In this document: in pieces, positions 25,743-29,612 of the stretch
Layout of the letters: each line of letters starts with the position of its first letter
Numbering within the stretch: the first letter of the stretch is position 1
Assembly: GCA_036476435.1 (NCBI GenBank)
Contig: JAZGBQ010000130.1
Coordinates: forward strand, 1 to 29,612
Length of the DNA stretch: 29,612 nucleotides
From: Fidelibacterota bacterium
Lineage (GTDB): Bacteria; Fidelibacterota; Marinisomatia; Marinisomatales; JAHJCW01
Direction of reading: 5' to 3'
Made by a program: the position numbers and the translations under genes
The notes under the pieces: model-generated
Seen by the model: only the letters and a program-made list of their open reading frames with translations
The model's database searches: none
What the model was told of the DNA's origin: nothing

Positions 25743-26570
25743 ATGCCCGAAAGTGAAAATACGCCACTGTTCGCCAATCCTCTCGAACCTATTTGGGGAC
25801 TGAGTATTTCCGATCTTAACCGCTACCTGCCGGCTATACAAAAGGCAAAAGATATTGAGATGACCGCGGAAGAAATGCGCGAAGGATTGTTCCTGACGGA
25901 TGGATTGTCGGGACTTTCCCAATTGCCGGCGGATTCTATTGATCTTATCGTTGCCGATCCACCGGAGAATCCGTGGCGCGGAATCCGGGAAAAAGGGGCA
26001 CCGTTCACATTGCAGGAAATGTACCAGTGGAATAATGATTGGCTGAAAGAATCATTTCGTGTTCTAAAAACAACTGGTGCGATCTATCTGTTCTGCAGCT
26101 GGAGATTCTCCGGAATGTATCATGCCCTGTTAAATGACAACCTGATCGTCCAGTGCCGGATCACGTGGAGAAACTCGGCAGCAGCAGATCAGCCAAAGAC
26201 GAAGATATGGCGCAATTCCCTCACGGACATCTGGTTTGCAACAAAATCTGACGAATTTCTGTTCGATCAAAAATCTGGGGGGCAGGTTGCGCTGGACGAA
26301 AACCATGAAAGACGTATTTCTTCAAATTTTTGGGGCGATATTTTAAACATTCCGGTAAAAGTTCCGGAAACACCAGCTGGTGATAAACCTGTCCTTGTTA
26401 TCGATAGGATTCTTGATGCCAGCAGTTATAAACTCAATTGGGTGCTGGACCCTTTTATGCGTAATGGTGGAGTAGGTGTACAGGTAAAGCAGAAAGGGCG
26501 GCGTTTCATTGGATTCGAAACTGATCAGGATCGGCTGTTGTTAGCTATGAAGCGAATCGATCAGACATGA
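25743..26570 (+). CDS. Beta-class N4/N6 DNA-methyltransferase homologue with degenerate catalytic and SAM-binding motifs
   Basis: SIDLIVADPPE (DPPY expected), ESFRVLK..GAIY, KP..IDRIL and VLDPFMRNGG (DPFxGSGT expected), GRRFIGFE. Confidence 0.8.
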   Translation: MPESENTPLFANPLEPIWGLSISDLNRYLPAIQKAKDIEMTAEEMREGLFLTDGLSGLSQLPADSIDLIVADPPENPWRGIREKGAPFTLQEMYQWNNDWLKESFRVLKTTGAIYLFCSWRFSGMYHALLNDNLIVQCRITWRNSAAADQPKTKIWRNSLTDIWFATKSDEFLFDQKSGGQVALDENHERRISSNFWGDILNIPVKVPETPAGDKPVLVIDRILDASSYKLNWVLDPFMRNGGVGVQVKQKGRRFIGFETDQDRLLLAMKRIDQT

Positions 26571-26577
26571 GCGGAAC

Positions 26578-27021
26578 GTGTCGTTAATCGAACAAATTCA
26601 AAAAGAACTTCATACCTCCATGAAATCCAAAGACACCATTAAAACTGGTGCTTTGCGGAGTATTCTGAGCAAATTAAAGGATCAATAGATAGAAAAAAGG
26701 GAAACTTTGTCTGCGAGTGAGGAGCTCAAAGTGATTCAAGCGCTTGTGAAACAGCGAAAGGAGTCCATTGCTATGTTCGAGCAGGGCGGGCGATTGGATT
26801 TAGTTGAAAAAGAATCGGCAGAGCTGACGATCCTTGCGACATATCTCCCAAAAATGTTAACGGAAAAAGAGGTTTTTATGCTTGTTCAACAAATCGTCGG
26901 AGAGGTAGGCGCGGAGTCACTATCCGATCTTGGAAAGGTCATGCCGGCGGTGATGCAACGCGGTGCGGGAAAAGTTGATGGGAAATTAGCGCAGAAAATA
27001 GTACGTGAGGTTCTCCAATAG
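26578..27021 (+). pseudogene. yqeY: GatB/YqeY-domain protein interrupted by an in-frame TAG at 26686-26688
   Basis: GTG 26578 reads MSLIEQIQKELHTSMKSKDTIKTGALRSILSKLKDQ*IEKRETLS..KQRKESIAMFEQGGRLDLVEKE..YLP..DLGKVM..GKVDGK. YqeY similarity continues on both sides of the stop. Confidence 0.85.
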
Positions 27022-27059
27022 ATTTCGCACGGGCATTTGATATCAGTTCCATAATACTG

Positions 27060-27563
27060 ATGGTTTTACTCGGTGGAATTGGTTACAGACGTGGTCTGGT
27101 CGATGAACTGGGTCGGTTTTTGAGTGTGTTGTTCGCAGCCCTGGCGGGCATGAAATATTATGTTGGATTAGCAAAGGTTCTTCAGAGTATTGTAGACTTC
27201 AATCCTTATATACTGTTGATACTTTGTTTTGCGATGATTTTTGTCGCGGTTCTTGTTCTTATTCGTATCTTGACCGGGCTGGCTGAAAAATATTTGATAG
27301 CAGAAAAACTAAAACTTTTTAACCAGACAACCGGATTTATTTTTGGGGCATTCAAGGCAGCCATCATTGTGATCGTCATCATTTGGATTTTTGAGCTGAT
27401 GCCAGTTCAGAAATGGTCCCTTACCTTGTACGACGAATCGTCACTTGTGCGAACGCTGACCTGGACCAGGAATGCTACCGTCAGCATTTTTGGATGGGAC
27501 GATCCGGTAGAGGCAGGAGAGGAATTTTTACGGGGAATCATAGTGCCGTCTCAGGAAGAGTAG
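27060..27563 (+). CDS. cvpA: CvpA (colicin V production) family membrane protein; true start probably upstream of 27060
   Basis: IGYRRGLVDEL, four TM helices and NQTTGFIFGAFKA. The frame upstream of the ATG encodes FDISSIIL, matching the D-IIL N-terminus of the family. Confidence 0.8.
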   Translation: MVLLGGIGYRRGLVDELGRFLSVLFAALAGMKYYVGLAKVLQSIVDFNPYILLILCFAMIFVAVLVLIRILTGLAEKYLIAEKLKLFNQTTGFIFGAFKAAIIVIVIIWIFELMPVQKWSLTLYDESSLVRTLTWTRNATVSIFGWDDPVEAGEEFLRGIIVPSQEE

Positions 27564-27577
27564 CGGATCACCGCGGC

Positions 27578-29347
27578 ATGGCCAGAATCCCTGAAGACAC
27601 CATAAATAGAATTCGTGATACGGCCGATATCGTCGATGTTGTATCGCAGTATGTGGATTTGCGAAAACGAGGACAGAATTTCGTAGGCTTATGTCCTTTC
27701 CATAATGATGTTCATCCATCCCTGTACGTATCACCGTCGAAACAGATTTACAAGTGTTTCGCGTGCGGAGCGGGCGGGCATGCCATTTCCTTCCTCATGG
27801 ATTTTGAGAAGATCAGTTTTGTGGATTCAATAAAACGCCTGGGAGACCGTTACGGGATAGAAATAAAAGCAGATACGGAGCCCGGGGCAAAAGAGTTTTT
27901 TTCTAACCTGTATGCGATCCATGAGCTGGCAATGAAACGGTACCAGGGGCATTTATTTTCTGAAAAAGGTGAAAAGATCCTGGGTTACCTTAAAGAGCGA
28001 GGGTTGACCGAAGAAACTATTAAAAAATTTCACCTTGGTTTGGCATTGGATGCATGGGATGATCTTTTAAAGGCTGCCAGAGCAAAAGAATTCCCTAAAG
28101 ACGTTCTGGATAAGTCCGGGCTCTTTACGAAGACTGACAAAGGAACATTTGACCGTTTTCATAACAGGATCATGTTTCCAATCTTTCATCCTTCAGGAAA
28201 AGTTATAGCCTTTGGCGGGCGTGCCATTGATCCGAAAGAACCAGCCAAGTATGTTAATTCACCGGAAACGCCGCTGTATCACAAAAGTGAAGTAATGTAT
28301 GGCTTCCAAGCCTCCGGGCCGACTATCAGGAAATCGGATTCTATGATCCTCGTAGAGGGCTACACGGATTTTCTGCAGCTGTTTCAGGCCGGTGCAAAGA
28401 ATACCGTAGCAGTATCCGGTACCGCTTTAACAGAAAAACACGTGAACCAGATCAGACGGTTTGCTAAACGGGTATATCTCGCTTATGATGGCGATCCCGC
28501 CGGTATCAAAGCTGCCCTCAGGGCTGGCTACCTTCTTTATCAAGCCGGGGTGGAGCCCCGGGTTATTAAGATGCCTGAAAATCTTGATCCGGATGACTGG
28601 GTGCAAAAGCAGGGTCTCGGACCGTTTAAAGAGGCGGCACGCACTGCAATACCTTTGATCGAATTTCAACTGCAAACGGTAAATGTTGATGAATTCACGG
28701 GTATGGAAACATCGCGGTTTGTTCAGGATATTATTCAGGACCTGGCGACCATTCAAGATAGCATTATCCGGGATAAATTGCTCAGAACACTGGCAGAGAA
28801 ATTAAAGGTGGATGAGGAAGATCTTTATGAACGCCTGGAACGGGAAATGAGACGCGGGTCGCGACGATTTGTGGATGAGGATCAACCCCGGAAGGTAGAA
28901 AGCGAAGAAATGTACGATTCCTTTTCATCTCAGGCGCAAAGGTCACAGGTGGAACTGATTAAAATATTGGCCGGCGCTGGTGAAAGCGCCCGTCAGCAGG
29001 TGCGCGATTCGGTTGAGCTGGAATTATTTTCAGAACCAATTTTGAAGAGGCTGGCTGAGATCCTTATGCCAATATACGAGGAAATTGATCATGCCGCCGT
29101 AGTGGATCAATTTGAAGATAAAAACGAGCGTGAATTGGTTACAAAAATACTCATGGATGAACTTTTCGAAACAGACCTTGAAATAGCCATTTCTGATTAT
29201 GCAAAGGTGCTGAGGTTAACGCCAGTAAAAGAACAGATTAAAGAATTACGCCTGGAAATACGAGAACTTGAACGCCGCAAAGAGGATCCAACTGAGAAAG
29301 TCCTTGATTTAACACGTCTTCAAAAAGAATTGAACGGGATGAAATAA
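27578..29347 (+). CDS. dnaG: DNA primase
   Basis: Start at ATG 27578 (MARIPEDTINRIR). CPFH..CFAC zinc finger, DRFHNRIMFPI, FGGR, KYVNSPET, TOPRIM VEGYTD and YDGDPAG, DPDD. Confidence 0.97.
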   Translation: MARIPEDTINRIRDTADIVDVVSQYVDLRKRGQNFVGLCPFHNDVHPSLYVSPSKQIYKCFACGAGGHAISFLMDFEKISFVDSIKRLGDRYGIEIKADTEPGAKEFFSNLYAIHELAMKRYQGHLFSEKGEKILGYLKERGLTEETIKKFHLGLALDAWDDLLKAARAKEFPKDVLDKSGLFTKTDKGTFDRFHNRIMFPIFHPSGKVIAFGGRAIDPKEPAKYVNSPETPLYHKSEVMYGFQASGPTIRKSDSMILVEGYTDFLQLFQAGAKNTVAVSGTALTEKHVNQIRRFAKRVYLAYDGDPAGIKAALRAGYLLYQAGVEPRVIKMPENLDPDDWVQKQGLGPFKEAARTAIPLIEFQLQTVNVDEFTGMETSRFVQDIIQDLATIQDSIIRDKLLRTLAEKLKVDEEDLYERLEREMRRGSRRFVDEDQPRKVESEEMYDSFSSQAQRSQVELIKILAGAGESARQQVRDSVELELFSEPILKRLAEILMPIYEEIDHAAVVDQFEDKNERELVTKILMDELFETDLEIAISDYAKVLRLTPVKEQIKELRLEIRELERRKEDPTEKVLDLTRLQKELNGMK

Positions 29348-29426
29348 AATGAAAAACATGAAGTCACTATTAAAGGGATGAACACCTGATCCAATTAGAA
29401 TAGAGTATAATTCAATTCGAGAGGTT

Positions 29427-29460
29427 AAAAAAAGCCCCGGTTGAAAAACCGGGGCTTTTT
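29427..29460. terminator. Bidirectional intrinsic terminator between dnaG and the convergent receptor gene
   Basis: AAAAAGCCCCGGTT-GAAA-AACCGGGGCTTTTT: perfect 14-bp stem, GNRA loop, A and T tracts on either side. Confidence 0.9.
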
Positions 29461-29486
29461 CTGTGCATTATTCCAGTATTTGGAAA

Positions 29487-29612
29487 TTAGAAGCTTATGT
29501 TAACACCTACGTTAAAGGAACGCACCAAGCCCATATAGACTTCGGCATCGTCGGCATCGTGGTCACCATCAAATCCGTTAAATTGGCTGTTGTCGTTCGC
29601 ATCCTGTATATA
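29487..29612 (-). CDS. 3' end of a probable TonB-dependent receptor / outer-membrane beta-barrel (gene starts beyond the window)
   Basis: Hand translation: YIQDANDNSQFNGFDGDHDADDAEVYMGLVRSFNVGVNISF*. GxxRxFxxGxxxxF C-terminal beta-signal. Confidence 0.75.
   Translation of the reverse strand, partial: YIQDANDNSQFNGFDGDHDADDAEVYMGLVRSFNVGVNISF

Noticed and set aside
26686-26688. Genome-wide TAG reassignment (alternative genetic code)
   Set aside because: TAG ends several conserved genes at their expected lengths (lpxA, tdk, cvpA, yqeY).
27413-27577. 55-aa N-terminal extension of dnaG in the ORF track
   Set aside because: Overlaps cvpA; primase similarity begins at ATG 27578.
29349-29381. 10-codon ORF MKNMKSLLKG after dnaG, and 6-codon MSGTCR at 26567-26587
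   Set aside because: Too short, no supporting features; expected by chance.
1-29612. CRISPR arrays, tRNA/rRNA genes, IS elements, prophage genes
   Set aside because: No regularly spaced repeats, cloverleaf or rRNA signatures, transposase or integrase motifs seen; intergenic gaps are short.

Overview
Gene-dense (~44% GC by eye), mostly housekeeping chromosomal window from a diderm FCB-superphylum bacterium. Basis: bifunctional LpxC-FabZ, the RseP motif GMIDESMD and a TonB-dependent receptor tail. Strong Shine-Dalgarno usage argues against Bacteroidota; Marinimicrobia or a relative is my inference, not a tested result. Order: lpxC/fabZ-lpxA-OM protein-dxr-rseP (+); lpxL-tsaC-DUF3108 (-); liaF-like, nfeD-floA-yqfB-like envelope/raft cluster (+); a minus-strand amino-acid fermentation operon (2-oxoacid:ferredoxin oxidoreductase delta-alpha-beta-gamma, half-rubrerythrin, an unannotated internally deleted butyrate kinase remnant, ptb, and a 567-aa atypical SDR of unknown function); a minus-strand M23-rhomboid-cdd-udk-tdk-nupC-adk-coaE run; a stand-alone PDZ protein with an ECF-type promoter; a truncated lamin-tail-like remnant; arsC; a DNA-methyltransferase homologue with both key motifs altered; yqeY broken by an in-frame TAG; cvpA; dnaG; a bidirectional terminator; and the 3' end of a TonB-dependent receptor. 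No rRNA, tRNA, CRISPR array or mobile element was seen. The best candidates for something new are the atypical SDR inside the OFOR-buk-ptb operon and the pseudo-methyltransferase. All family assignments come from motif recognition, not database searches.
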